This document shows, in pieces, positions 40,970 through 53,739 of a stretch of DNA of 64,000 nt. The position numbers were made by a program, and so were the translations under genes. The notes under the pieces were generated by a model, which ran no database searches, was not told the DNA's origin, and saw only the letters and a list, made by a program, of their open reading frames with translations. Source of the stretch: Podarcis cretensis (lineage: Eukaryota); NCBI GenBank assembly GCA_951804945.1, contig OX638154.1, positions 70,122,001-70,186,000 on the forward strand, read 5' to 3'. Every line of letters begins with the position of its first letter. The first letter of the stretch is position 1.

Positions 40970-41155
40970 ATCAGAAGTGGAGAAAATGCTGCTAGCCTTG
41001 CCAATGAACTGGCTAAACATACCAAAGGACAAATCTATGCTGGTGATGTGAGTTCTTCAGTCAGACTGATGGAACAGTTGGTGGATATTCTTGATGCTCA
41101 GCTGCAAGATCTGAAGCCTAATGAGAAGGACTCTGCTGGACGGAGTTATAACAAG
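40970..41155 (+). CDS. ADGRL2: Exon (186 nt): GAIN subdomain [19 protein letters not shown]...DSAGRSYNK
   Basis: tttcag| acceptor and aag|gtagat donor; within ORF 40958..41260. Confidence 0.95.
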
Positions 41156-41894
41156 GTAGATACCAACCTGAATAGCCTTCTCTGGTGTGCATTAGAACAA
41201 CCTGGCCTTGTGGCTTTCTTTCTTTTCTCTTGCAAAACATCTGCCTGTATTTTGCACTAGTCCTTTGAAGTAGGGCACATTTAGGGGTTGTTTTTTTTTT
41301 GGGGGGGGGAGGAACCAACAAATTCATGGAGACATGTGGATTCTGATGCTGTGTCAGAGTCCCCAAAGGCTGGTGGTACACGAGAACGGAATGTGACCGT
41401 TCCCATGTGGGCAGAAGGAATTGAACAGATAATGTTAATTATACTTTAGCAGCAGCCTGAAACAGAACAATGATTAAGGCATCAATAAGAATCAGACCTG
41501 TTGTGTCCTTTGATCCTTTACAACTCTCAACCTGGGGGTGGGGGGGACAAACTGCGGCAGGGAAAAATGAATACTCTTCCCCCCCCCCATGACTTTCTTA
41601 CTAACGTATTTGACGTATAATACTAACGTATTAGAAGTATTTGACATACCAAGCCATGAACTAACCTTAGTGCATTGGAATGGCCTTGTGATTCATTCAC
41701 TCCCTTAAAAACCCGCAGATTCATCTGGAAGTTATACTTTAACACACTTTAAGATTGTTAATTTTATCAGCAGATCTTATTTCTCCGGTTAGCATATAGG
41801 CGTTTGAACAATGATCAAGTAGTACTTAATCCTATTACCCTTTAAAAAAAAAAATGTCTAACCTCTGATGTGTGTTTTTTGTCTTATTACCAAG

Positions 41895-41933
41895 CTCCAA
41901 AAGCGAGAGAAGACATGCAGGTCTTACCTTAAG
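41895..41933 (+). CDS. ADGRL2: Cassette exon (39 nt) in the GAIN domain, LQKREKTCRSYLK
   Basis: ccaag| acceptor and aag|gtatct donor; phase 0-0; matches the 13-aa alternatively spliced LQKREKTCRxYLK segment of latrophilin-2; tctaac branch-point candidate at 41857-41862. Confidence 0.9.
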
Positions 41934-42292
41934 GTATCTCTCCTGTGCTGTCACCTTGCTTTGTCCCTGCTTCAGTCACCTTCTGCCACGCTTTTCCCTC
42001 CTGCTGCATGTCCCTATGTATTTCAGTCTTTGATAATTGTGCACTGTGCCTTCCCCACAGCAATTGTACAAAAAAAGGTGTTGGCTTTGCATGGGTATAA
42101 TACCTTCAGAAAAAGCCAGTCGTAAATAATAAATCAATAATCAATACTTCTTTTCCTCCTCCTTTTATCAAAAAAAGAGCAGCCATGGAGCTTTTAACTG
42201 AATTGGAAATAAGAAGAGCTTTGCTTCCTTGTGGTATTGTGCCTGTGGAAGGAAAACAAAACTTGCAATGGGCACAAATTGTTTGACATGGG

Positions 42293-42461
42293 AACACAGG
42301 AAGTTGCCTTATACTGAGTATAGATCCACATAGCTCAGTATTGCCTACACTGGCTGGTAGCCGCTCTCCAGGGTTTCAGACTGGGGACATTGCCAGACCG
42401 GCCTGGAAATGCTGGGGATTAAAGTTGGGCATGCAGATGCTCTATCACAGAGCTACGGCCC
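42293..42461 (-). mobile_element. tRNA-headed squamate SINE (Squam3-like), antisense
   Basis: Reverse complement begins gggccgtagctctgtgatagagcatctgc (A-box) and ends cagtataaggcaacttcctgtg; related to 36314-36473. Family name is from memory. Confidence 0.6.
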
Positions 42462-42737
42462 TGCCCCTTGCACCTGGGTTTTGTGTTTGCAGATCTGTGT
42501 ATCAAAGACTGTGTAGCCATATCTAGTGGAATCCACTAATCACTGCTGCCTCGTGACTTCCATTGGTTCAGTGGAGTTTGTGTGGCAAGAGTGTCTTATG
42601 GATTACATCCCATGCTTGTGCATGATGAAAAAACAAAAACCCCAACACATACACATGTTAAACTACCCTACATTTTATTTTATTTTTGTGCACTCTTGAA
42701 TTCAGCGAGTTCTCTTTTGTGTGTGTGACACCAGGGA

Positions 42738-42740
<3 letters not shown>

Positions 42741-42769
<29 letters not shown>
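42741..42769. repeat. (GT)n microsatellite
   Basis: Directly visible. Confidence 0.95.
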
Positions 42770-44241
42770 GAGTTAACAAAGGCCAGCTTTGATCATTTGA
42801 GTTACAGATACAGTGCAAACTTTCCTCATATTCTCCTGGAAGCATATCCTGTTTCCCATATACCAGGAGAGGCATAAAGATACTAAGGAACTTGGAATGT
42901 CTTGCAGGTCTTATTATGTGTATTCTGTTCTGGTTAATGTCAGTATTTCAACTGTGGTGGGATGTTGGATGAAAAATGAAAGCCTGCTGCTGATTCGTTT
43001 TGAAACATGCATTCCATATGTCTTTGTAGTTTTTTCTTTTGCAATGTTACCAATTGGTATTAAAAATAGCAATTAAAAAAAACAAACCTGAAGCAGCGCA
43101 GCATAGAATAAAATCAATAATAAAAAGGCTCCTAAGAGATGTAACGTTGTCCAACTGCTTAAGAACAACTGTGCAACTGAGAGCGGACCAGTTTATTGTT
43201 CACTCCTTTTCCTTAACCCCTTTCTCTGGAGTTAGAAATCGTCCCACTCCGCGAAGGAACTAGCCATGATGAAAGCTATAACATCTGCAGAAATGCCAAC
43301 TATGGTTGGAGCTTACCAGAACTTAATGCAGAATTACACCACGGTTTCTCATCTGGGGTTAACAGGGATCCCAGTTAGTCCTAGCTGCAGACATAATATT
43401 TAACTATGGGGTATGCATCCTACCAAAGGCCGGAAAAAGGTCCTGCACAATCCCTTGGCTGGCTGTTGATTGCTTAACCATGGAACATGTTACATCTGCT
43501 CTCAGCCCAGATGACATTTTGCCCTCTGTTTTACATTCAGCTGCTGATAAAACTTTGGGGAGACCGAAGTGTGTTCAGTTTTATCAAGCGGTTTTGCAAG
43601 GAAAGGAGAGTAGGAGGCGGGGGGAACCACATGTATCTTAAATTATATCATGATAACTGCTCTCTTTTAAAGCCAGTGAGTGGGGATGCAAAGCAAAGTC
43701 TGCTGAATTGGGTTGATTTCTTTTTTACAGTTGCATTTGCAGTTCACCTTTGAAGATAAATGTCATTGGGTAAAATGTAATAACCATGTGTGTGGTTGCT
43801 ACTGAAAATGTTTTGTCACTGTGGTGGCAAGAATCTAGGGTTACGAGCCAGTCTTAAGTGAGGCGTTAATTCCCAATGATTTATTTGAATGAGGAGGTTG
43901 AGCACAGGCATAAATATTCTCCACTGAAATCAGTGGGGTCTCAAGCCTCCTTCACATTTTACTCTTGTAAAGGGGCAATATGAGTAGAAAGGGGCTCCTT
44001 CAGGCCCCACTCTTGCCACCCATGTATTAAGTGTGGATGTCTGAGGTGGGGGAAGCCTTTGCACATAGATGTCCGGACACATAGGCTTCCAGTACCCAGA
44101 GAAGCCTACATTTGTAGGCTACCCCACATCGGAAGTCTATACTAATGGCTGGGCATGTGTACATCTGCTACATGACCCCCTCCACCCTTGTGATTATTGT
44201 TGCTACATTTATATACCATTCATGAATTCAGTTCTCTAGTG

Positions 44242-44353
44242 GTTGGTATTCAGCTATGTTTTACTCAGAGTACTCCTGTTGCAATTGATGTACCTAACTT
44301 AGCCATGTTCATTACTTTCCACGTGCCTACTCTTGAGTAAAACTTAATACAAC
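44242..44353. mobile_element. Short palindromic (fold-back) interspersed element
   Basis: Arms gttttactcagagta (44258-44272) and tactcttgagtaaaac (44328-44343); similar degenerate 80-110-bp palindromes occur near 12350-12430, 12565-12635, 30665-30740 and 33160-33240. Confidence 0.55.
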
Positions 44354-46273
44354 TCATAGTTTAAACACACACACAAAATCCAATTATACAAATACAACTT
44401 AGCACGTAAAACCACCCCAAAGCCAGCACAAACACAGCAGCACAAAATCAGTTTTAAACCGGCAAGGGGAAAACATTTATGTTAGCAATTTATAGGCAGC
44501 TTAATATAAAAACAAAATACCCTCTCTAAGCAATTTACCAAGTTTTTTTTAAAAAACACACAAAAACAACCAATCCATAAAACTGTAAGGCTAGAATACA
44601 AATAAGATGAAAATACATGTTGTCACTAAAAATCCATAATCGGAATACTAAAATAAAATACTGAGAAGTGCATATTGGGGGGGGGGGGCGGATTAACAGT
44701 AAAAAATGCCCAAGCAAATAACTAAGCTTTTGATGGGCATCTAAAATACGTCACGATTGACATCTCCCGGATTGTGTGGGAGAGGAGGCAAGGAATTAAG
44801 CATATTTAAAAAATGTGTGTGTCCTGGAAGAATATAAATGTCTACACTTGGCACAATGCAGGTGGGCACCAGGCAAGCCTCTCTGACGAGGATGTTCTGT
44901 GTATGGGGCACCACTACCAAAAAGACCTTGCTACCTTTGGACTGTGGCATTATGGCCTGGGAATTTATTTTAACTCTCCACCTCCCTCCCCAACCACCTT
45001 TGACAAGAAATAGTGTCATTAAAGAGCTGACTATTTTAATGTGACCGAAGAAAAGCAGCCAGTCAGACAACATTAAAAATATAAGGAGTGAATCAGGCTA
45101 ATGGATACATGCAGCCATCAGGACGCGTATATACACGCAACACGAACTGAAGCACAGCCTTAATTTCTCGCTGAGATCATTTTTAGTAGGTCTCAAATGA
45201 GCTTCCCAGTTTGGCTAAGACTAATAAAAACCTCTTAAAATTACAAATCGAAAGCTGGCTGATGCTATGCAAATGAAGCAAGTCCTCACTTCGCGACAGA
45301 GGATTCATTTGTAACTCAGATCAGAGGCTCCGATCCGTATTTCTTGGTGACTAATGAATATGGCCTCTGCAGACCAATTTCTGTTCCACTCTATTTAATG
45401 GCTGAAGCAGTATCAGTGTGAGCAGTTTGACTCTTCTATTTCCCATTAGAGAAGAGGGGAAGAAAATCCTTTTATTCCACTCCAAAAGTATCTCCCACCT
45501 GCCATTGTAGAGACTCACAATTCAGACAGAAAGAGGATATTAAGATGGATTAGGCTAATTAATTTTGCTCCTGACAATAGATAGTCCTGACCCAACTTTT
45601 TTCTATCCATTCAGGCGTGGAGCAGTGTTCTGGGTGCAACATCTTTTTATTTGTGTGACGCAGCCTGTTTGCATTTCCATTTGTTTTCGAAATCAGCCAA
45701 ATCATATGTAGATATAGATATATGTGCCTAATGACACATTGTAACTAGGTAAATGGGACATGGTGATTCAGCAATCACCCACATTATGCATTAACGTAAG
45801 AGCCTCCCTTCAACTGACGAATACCGTGTTTTCACTAAAGATCCTTTAAAAAATCCTCCTAAATTGCATAATATTTTGTGAGCATCTTAATGTGGGTGTA
45901 AGTATGTGAGATCAGGCCGCTACTGATCATTCTTCAGTTCTGAATAAATGGGGAAATCCTCTGCTCCTGCCGAACTTAACGTGCACATCAGAGCCCAGTA
46001 GAGCTCTAGCCTGGCTGGAGGAACTTTAAAATTAAAGCCATGAGCCTTCCCTTTTTATATGCTTCAGTATGTAATAATATTCTTTTTCACTGCTGCTCCA
46101 AGGCTTCTTATATCAATGCTCTTTGTTATAAGGGGAAAGCGGTAGCCTTTTGGTCTGTAAATCACCGCAAATCATGTTGACAGTTAAATATTGTAATTGT
46201 CATCAGATCATGTTAGGGACTCTCTCCTGTTGCCTTAAGGCAGTAAGGCCTAATATTTTTCTACTGAATGCAG

Positions 46274-46457
46274 GCTATTGTTGACACGGTGGACAACCTG
46301 CTTAGGACCCAAGCGCTAGACTCCTGGAGAGATATGAATTCCTCTGAACGAGCACATGCTGCAACCATGTTACTTGATACCCTGGAAGAAGGGGCCTTTG
46401 TCTTGGCTGACAACCTCTTAGAACCAACAAGGGTCGCAATGCCTACAGATCACATTG
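46274..46457 (+). CDS. ADGRL2: Exon (184 nt): [15 protein letters not shown]...[11 protein letters not shown]...MPTDHI
   Basis: tgcag| acceptor and g|gtaagt donor; ORF 46268..46465. Confidence 0.95.
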
Positions 46458-48580
46458 GTAAGTGAATACGTCTTGAAACGCTTGGCATCACACCGTGGGA
46501 AGAGTCCACCAAACCCAGTGGTTTGGGATGTCCATATATTCCACATTAGATGGAACAGTGTAATTTGCCCAATTAGAAATATATTACATGGAAATAATAC
46601 AGAAACCTCTGCATTTTAAAAATGGAAAACCATTATAGATTGATGTTCTGGTTCTAGAACAGATAGCGACTAAGATTGTAACCCCGAAAATTCCTAGTTC
46701 GATTATTTTTGGCTAACAAAATTAAGTCAAAGGACTTAGGCAAGTAACCTTTATCTTATTCTCATCTGAATTATGGAGCTAATAATGTTGGGCTACTTCT
46801 GAAGGATTATTGTAAATATTTCTGGATAAAATGTGTATGTAGTGCTTTGAACACTTTGAAAAATGTGCTACATAAATGACAGAAAATACATACATATTTT
46901 TCAGTCCTCATGGTAGAAACTCTTTCTCCTTTATACATAATCGGTTCCTAATGAATGTAGATTACTTTCAGGGACAGCGCATTGCCAACTTTGGGCACAT
47001 AGCACATAGACTAAATGTTTGCATTAAACACAACTGCCTTCAGGTGAAAGTGTGTTCAGTGAGCCACATCTCCCACAATACAAAATAGCCATGCTTCACA
47101 GATTGCAAAATAGCTACCGACACTTTGAGCATAATTTATCATTTAAATGCTGGCAGGGAAACAAAACTATTATGTATTAGGGACATACAGGTATATCTTG
47201 TTGTGGTTAAGAAGGTTGTTGTGTATAGATGTAAAATGCCATTCTCCTTGCGCCCTTGAGGCTTATACCAGTCTACATATTAGGAGGTAGAGCACACATA
47301 TGTCATAAACATTTCTAGGCTAGACCTTAAAATAGAAGAACTAATTTATGAATGGGAGAATGTCAGGTACGTGGATTTGTGAATGAGGTGGTGCATGTTT
47401 CTGTTGCTAAAGGTGGAAGCAGAGTTTGCAGATAATCAGCTGTGGAATGCTAAGGATGTCTACTCCAAAGTAAATTCATCTAGGTTAAGTGGGCCTTTGC
47501 CTGCAAAGCAAATCCCCTTTGTACCAGGCCTGGTGGGCTGGGGAGACAGATTGGCTTGAGGTGCCTCACCACTCAGTCATTGCACTGACTGCCACTATCA
47601 GCCTGCAGAGTGAGGTCAGCATGTAGAGTCTCCCCCCAATAAGCAGAAGTACCACCAGTGGAAGCCATGCTCCAGGAAAGAGGAGGTGCTGAGCTGGACC
47701 TCTTCACTTGCTGGCATTGGTCCTGAGCTTGGCTGGATCACTGCATTACCTCCAGGCTGCTGCAGCAACCTGCTTTCCCCCTCCTCCAGTCATCTCCCCT
47801 GGTTGGTGTGAGAGTTGTGGGTGGGTTCCACCATTCCGTCACACCCTGCCCCTGCCCAACTAGTTGCTATCTAGTAATCATATTTCTTTCATATTTAGTT
47901 TATCTATTTACATTTATAAATATATACCCATTTTTTCCCTAGAAAAATAGCTGCTGGTACTCACCCTGCTACAGTTTTTAACAAGAACAAAAAAGAGGTG
48001 CCGTTACTGCATACTCTTGAGTAACCCCTGAAAAAAAGGACTGTCCATATCCTACCTTTCCCCAGAGTCGTGCCCATTGTTATTACCTTCACCACTCCTT
48101 TAATTTAAGTAGGTTAGGCTAAAATACAATGACTGAGCCATGGTCACCCTACAGAGATTTAAGCCTGGATGCCCCCAGTCCCATTCTGACAGTTTTAATG
48201 ATCTACTCCTCTGGCTCCCTGTTGCATAGCAAGTAGGACACAAACACTAAAAATTCATGCATCATGGCTGTTTTGGTCTCCAAAAGTTAAGCATTTCTTC
48301 CAACTAAAAACTCTTGGGACTTTTGAAGTGATCTCTCTTAGGCTCACATTAAAACCAGGTTGGCTGTCATGTTCTTTGAACTGGCGTGCTGTTACTTTTG
48401 TGCATCTGCACTCGGGTTTGATTAAAATTTAAAGGAAAATGACTCCAATGCTACCGGTATGCATCTGTCATGTACAAGGAAGAAAATAAGCATCCCGAAA
48501 GGAAAAAAGGAAAAGGAAAACATTAGCCAAATCTGACAACAGAAAGCAAAAACCTTCTTCTTGTTTTTTTATCCACCTAG

Positions 48581-48703
48581 TCTTGGAAGTTGCAGTGCTG
48601 AGTACAGAAGGACAAGTGCAGGACTTGAAATTCCCCCAGGGCAACGCAGGAGGCAATTCTATCCAGCTCTCTTCGAACACTGTGAAGCAGAACAGCAGAA
48701 GCG
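48581..48703 (+). CDS. ADGRL2: Exon (123 nt): GAIN subdomain B, (V)[18 protein letters not shown]...NTVKQNSRS
   Basis: cctag| acceptor and g|gtatgt donor; ORF 48583..48774. Confidence 0.94.
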
Positions 48704-48969
48704 GTATGTCTTTTGCAAACCATTTATTTTTCAGCTGTAGCAACTTAATTTTGGGAGGGTTTGCTGTGTTATAATAATACACACTCAGCAACATTAAAAA
48801 TAGCCAGTCGATAGCTCTCATTTGTAAATAACATTAGGCTGGCCTTTTTTCTTTCTTTCCTTCTTTTTTTTTACTCGAATCAATCTTTCTGCACTAAAGC
48901 TGGGGAGGGTTAGGCTATTTAAAACATGCCATGTTACTTAAAGTGACTATAATAGCTTTCTTTTCACAG

Positions 48970-49175
48970 GGTTAGCAAAGCTGGTTTTCATAATTTACAA
49001 AAGCTTGGGCCAGTTCCTCAGTACGGAAAATGCAACCATCAAACTGGGAGGAGAGTTTGCTGGCAGGAACAGTACCATTGCTGTGAACTCTGATGTCATT
49101 GCGGCCTCCATCAACAAGGAGTCCAGTCGCGTGTACTTGACAGACCCTGTTCTTTTCACCCTGGCACACATTGAT
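48970..49175 (+). CDS. ADGRL2: Exon (206 nt): GAIN subdomain B, (G)[25 protein letters not shown]...[11 protein letters not shown]
   Basis: cacag| acceptor and gat|gtgagt donor; ORF 49005..49211. Confidence 0.95.
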
Positions 49176-49669
49176 GTGAGTTATGGTAATGAATTAATGG
49201 GAAGGTCATAAAATCAGCAAGAGCAAAGAGCAAAGAAGGGACGGGGGTGGATCTTTCAATTTGAATTTTAAATGTCGGACTAGGTCAGAGGCACAGGTTT
49301 GTTTAAGTCTACGAACATAAAATTAAATGAGCCTGGTTCAGTGATTATTAGAACTTAAGTGTATTCTTAATGAAAGCTAATTCGGTAATCAACATGAAAA
49401 TGTAAATGGCTCTAATTTGTTCCTAAGTGAAAATTAACTCTTACCTTAGCAGCAGGACAGAAAAACACCAGCTCTTATGATTTTGCTTCCTTAATGTAGC
49501 AAAATTTTAATGGAACTTAGAGCATTTTGCTCTAATTCCATACTGTCTGCTGGAGCCCATTCACTAATCATTCAGATAGGTTTTAGTCAACGAAGGAATC
49601 TGGTGCTGTTTTCTGCATTCTGCTTGACACTAGGTTTAACTTCTCTGTGCTTGAACTAGTCAGGTGTTA

Positions 49670-49860
49670 GTATTCTGACTAAACATCAGGAAGAACTTTT
49701 TGACAATAAGAGCTGCTCAACAGTGGAACAGACTCTTTAGTTGTTATTTTTAGCAGAGGTTAGATGTCCGTCTGTCATGTATGATCTAGTTGAGATTCCT
49801 GTATTGCAGGGGTTTGGACTAGATGAGCCTCAGGATCCCTTCCAATGCTACGATTTTATT
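49670..49860 (+). mobile_element. CR1 LINE 3' end fragment
   Basis: aggaagaactttttgacaataagagctgctcaacagtggaac ... gcaggggtttggactagatg ... cccttccaa ... gatt, the typical CR1 3' UTR. Ends approximate. Confidence 0.7.
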
Positions 49861-50485
49861 TTCCCAGCTGAGATTTTCCATTTCCCAAAAGACAAGACTC
49901 TTAAAAAAAGAAAGGAGAAATCCCTTATCTAGGTGTTTTTCCCCAGACCAGTTTTTCAGTTCAGTTTAATCTGAATTATTATGTCTAGTGATCCTTTAGA
50001 CTGGATGGAAATTGAGAAAAGGAAAGTGAATTCGTTAGTAAATCCTCAATTATTCAAGAAGCCCTTTAGAGAAACTTCATGTATCTACTGCTGCAGGATC
50101 GGCAGAAATGGCCACAAGTGCACAGTATGAACATTGAACAGCAAGCTAGGAAACTGATTGATTAAAATTAGATCTATAGTAATGTGGATTGCACTTTGGC
50201 GTATTTTAAACTATTAAACCCACTTTATAACTAGGTGGTAGGCTTGTTCAACATGTTCTTGTCAGGTTTGCTAATGCTGGCTACAATCCACCACAGTCTA
50301 TCCTAGGTCACCTTAATTGCTGTTTAATGATGTATGAACCTATGCCCCTTATTCAATTGTGCTCCAAAACAGAAAACCACAAAAATGTGGAGAATGTAAT
50401 CCAAATTGTATTCTATGCCCATTGCGCCATACTTGTCATTTCTGGGTTTACAGTTCTAATTTTCTTTCATTCTGGTGTTTTGCAG

Positions 50486-50659
50486 ACCAAGAATTATTTC
50501 AATGCAAATTGTTCCTTCTGGAACTACTCTGAACGGACTATGATGGGCTATTGGTCAACTCAAGGATGCAAGCTGATCGACACAAATAAAACGCATACCA
50601 CGTGTGCATGTAGCCACCTAACCAATTTTGCAATCCTTATGGCACATAGGGGAATTGCG
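50486..50659 (+). CDS. ADGRL2: Exon (174 nt): GPS motif with autoproteolysis site H-L|T (50615-50623) and tethered agonist (Stachel) TNFAILM
   Basis: tgcag| acceptor and gcg|gtaagg donor; CSFWNY...WSTQGC...[15 protein letters not shown] is a canonical GPS. Confidence 0.97.
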
Positions 50660-51551
50660 GTAAGGAACAATGCCTTTAATCAGCAACCAAATGACATTTA
50701 GAAAACCCACTTTAACTTCTCTATGTTTGAACTATCTATATAGTTGGATGTTAGTATAATTTCAGAATCCTTCTGGACATCTCATTTCACAGTATTCCAA
50801 ATATGACCTTTGTGTTCCATAGGTTCAGATGTAAAATGAAGAAAAAGAATGTGTCTGTTCAGCTCCTTATATTTAATGCTGAATGCCATTTCATTAAAGG
50901 AGCTCAAATATACAGTCATCCCCTATCATTATATACCAATATTTTCTGCTTTCTGGCAGTTTTAAGTTCTCTGACATACTCATGGTTTCTCAAAGCATTT
51001 TGTAGATTTCTGATAGGATTGCAGTTAAGACTGATTACTTGAAAACCCTGCAAATTCACATTGGGACTGGTTAACTGTTGACAAAGAGATGGATATTTAC
51101 ACCCTTCAAAAGCATACTTAAAAGGGAAGTGTGTATTCTGCTCTGCATTCTCTAGACCCACGTATTAGGTATCTGGATGGCATCAGTTCTGAGGGAAAAT
51201 CAAAAACTACCAAGAACTATAAAGTACAAGTTCTTCTAGATGCTACTGAACTACAGAGCCATGGAAATGATAATAAAGAATGTTAATTTTCTCTTACCTG
51301 GCCATGAGCTGTATCACTGGCCAAGGAGCCTGACAGCCTCACCTACTCTAACTGGGTCACACAATGAGAGTCATTCATCCATTCCATTTATGGAACATAT
51401 GGTTTATACTGAAGATCTCTCGTTTCCTTAAATTTCCTTTAATGTCCTGAACAATGCTTTATTTGTGCATTCAGTATAGAAATTATGTTTTCCCTCCCCT
51501 GCCCTCCTTCCGGAACATCCCTTAGGCTTAAAATGTGGCATGTTATTGGAA

Positions 51552-51578
51552 ATAATAATAATAATAATAATAATAATA
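51552..51578. repeat. (AAT)n microsatellite
   Basis: Directly visible. Confidence 0.9.
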
Positions 51579-51752
51579 TTTCAAAGTTACCGGTAGTTCA
51601 TCTCCACTGTTTAACACTGTAACTGCCAATGAACAGGCTGTTGTGCTGTCCTTTGAACAAAGTTGGAATTTCTAAGTGTTAGCGACAAACATATTTTAGT
51701 TTTGTATTGATCAGTGACCACACTAATTTTCTTTACTCTTCATCATTTCTAG

Positions 51753-51959
51753 TACAATGGAATGCATGGTTTACTCCTCACTGTCATCACCTGGGTAGGG
51801 ATTGTCATTTCCCTTGTCTGCCTGGCAATTTGCATCTTCACTTTCTGTTTCTTCCGCGGCCTTCAAAGTGACCGAAACACAATTCACAAGAACCTTTGCA
51901 TCAACCTCCTCATTGCAGAATTTATTTTCCTAATAGGCATCGATAAGACGGAGTACAAG
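51753..51959 (+). CDS. ADGRL2: Exon (207 nt): TM1-ICL1-TM2, [31 protein letters not shown]...IHKNLCINL...KTEYK
   Basis: ttctag| acceptor and aag|gtaagc donor; IHKNLC adhesion-GPCR TM2 motif. Confidence 0.96.
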
Positions 51960-53518
51960 GTAAGCCCTCTATGTTTAACACACATCTGAAGATACCTCAC
52001 TGAAAGGAATGGTAGCAGTAAAGTATTTGATGGCCAAAAGAAGTTTCTCAGTTGTCTGCTTTTTTGATGCAACATTTAGCCACTTACTCCATGGATGGGT
52101 AGGTTAGTCAGGAAATAATGGCAGGCAGAGAAAAGGTTGAACAACTAATGTCTGAAACTTCTCATTTAGATGCAAAGATGGAACTATCTCATTCCGCTCA
52201 AGAGCATTGAGATTTTGCATGGAAAATGAGTTTACCACTATATATGGCTTAGAATTTACTATGCCACAAAGACTTACACCAGTTTAGATTAAACAACAAA
52301 AAATATTGATGCCATAGAAGGTACAGGAGGGTCCGCTGGCACCCACAGGTGTTGCGTTGGCGACCTCTGTTGTAGAGAAAGCAAGAAAACATGCCTGTTC
52401 AATGTTGTTGGGAACCAGTAGAAGCTTAATAAGCCTGCCAGAGAGTTTCTTGTCAGGTATTGTTTAGCATTTAAGCCACCTATTGACCAACAAGTTTTTC
52501 CTTCAATATTGTGTGTGTATTAGGGAGGGAGGGAGATCATAGGTGTACAAGTGATGACAATTCAGATTGATGTATGGTAGTTTCTGTTATTTATGATCAT
52601 TGTTCAAGATCATTTACTGTAATCCAGTGGAACAGATTCTGCAGCTCCATTGGGACTAAGGAAGCAGTTAAATGCTTAACTCCCTGTTGGCTGCAGTGGG
52701 TTCTTAGATAAACCTGCCTCTTGTCCGGTAGGTGTACCTAGCGCCCCCAGATACAGGAGAATGTTACATAGAAATAATACACTCCTATCCTTAAGAGATA
52801 GAAAGCTATGGAATTCTTTTCCTTTGTGTGTCTTCACTTCTCATTTCAGATTAGCCTTTTCCTAAATCTCAAGGCATAAGGCTGAACCCATGGTTTTTCT
52901 AAAATAAGCTGCCCTTAGAATTGAGTCAGTCGGTAGGATTTTGTTCTGCAGTCATCTACAGAGTGTGGCTAGTGATATGATAGCAGATCTTCCTAAAAAT
53001 AGAAAAAGCAACGATATTTGATATTTAAAGGGAAATGGAATATTCTGACAGAGGAATAAGAATTTTCAACAGAAGGTATAAATAATACATCTAGTAGCTG
53101 GGGCTCTTTATCTTCTTGTACCAAATCATCTGCAATATAAGCCTTACAGCAGAGTGTTAACATTGTGCTACCAAAAATTAATGGACTGCTTGCCACACTT
53201 GATATTCCATTGCGTCAAAGAATGCTAATAGGCACATACTTTCCATATCTTAACTCAGAGTGCAAGAGAGTAGAAGCTGCAGCTACTGGGAACACAATAC
53301 AGTTTTCAGTAGTTATGAATATGAAGTTTTATGTTTGGGGGGGGCAGTGTGTGTGTGTATTGGTGGGGGGGGGTTTCCAATTACTGCATATACTGTATGC
53401 TGCCATTACAAACCAAGCTATTAACATCCACATTATTTCGTTTTCTGAATACATGAGATGAAGTGGGAAGGTTGAAAAGTGTTGCACCTTGCATTTGATT
53501 GTTTCTTTTTCTTTGCAG

Positions 53519-53739
53519 ATTGCATGCCCAATATTTGCAGGCCTCTTACACTTTTTCTTCCTGGCAGCCTTTGCCTGGATGTGCCTAGAAGGGGTGCAGC
53601 TCTATCTCATGTTAGTAGAAGTATTTGAAAGTGAATATTCTAGGAAGAAGTACTACTATGTTGCTGGCTACCTCTTTCCTGCCACTGTTGTTGGTGTCTC
53701 GGCAGCTATCGACTACTCCAGCTATGGAGCGCAAAATGC
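53519..53739 (+). CDS. ADGRL2: Exon (221 nt): TM3-ICL2-TM4, [29 protein letters not shown]...YGAQN(A)
   Basis: ttgcag| acceptor and gc|gtaagt donor; WMCLEG TM3 motif. Confidence 0.96.
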
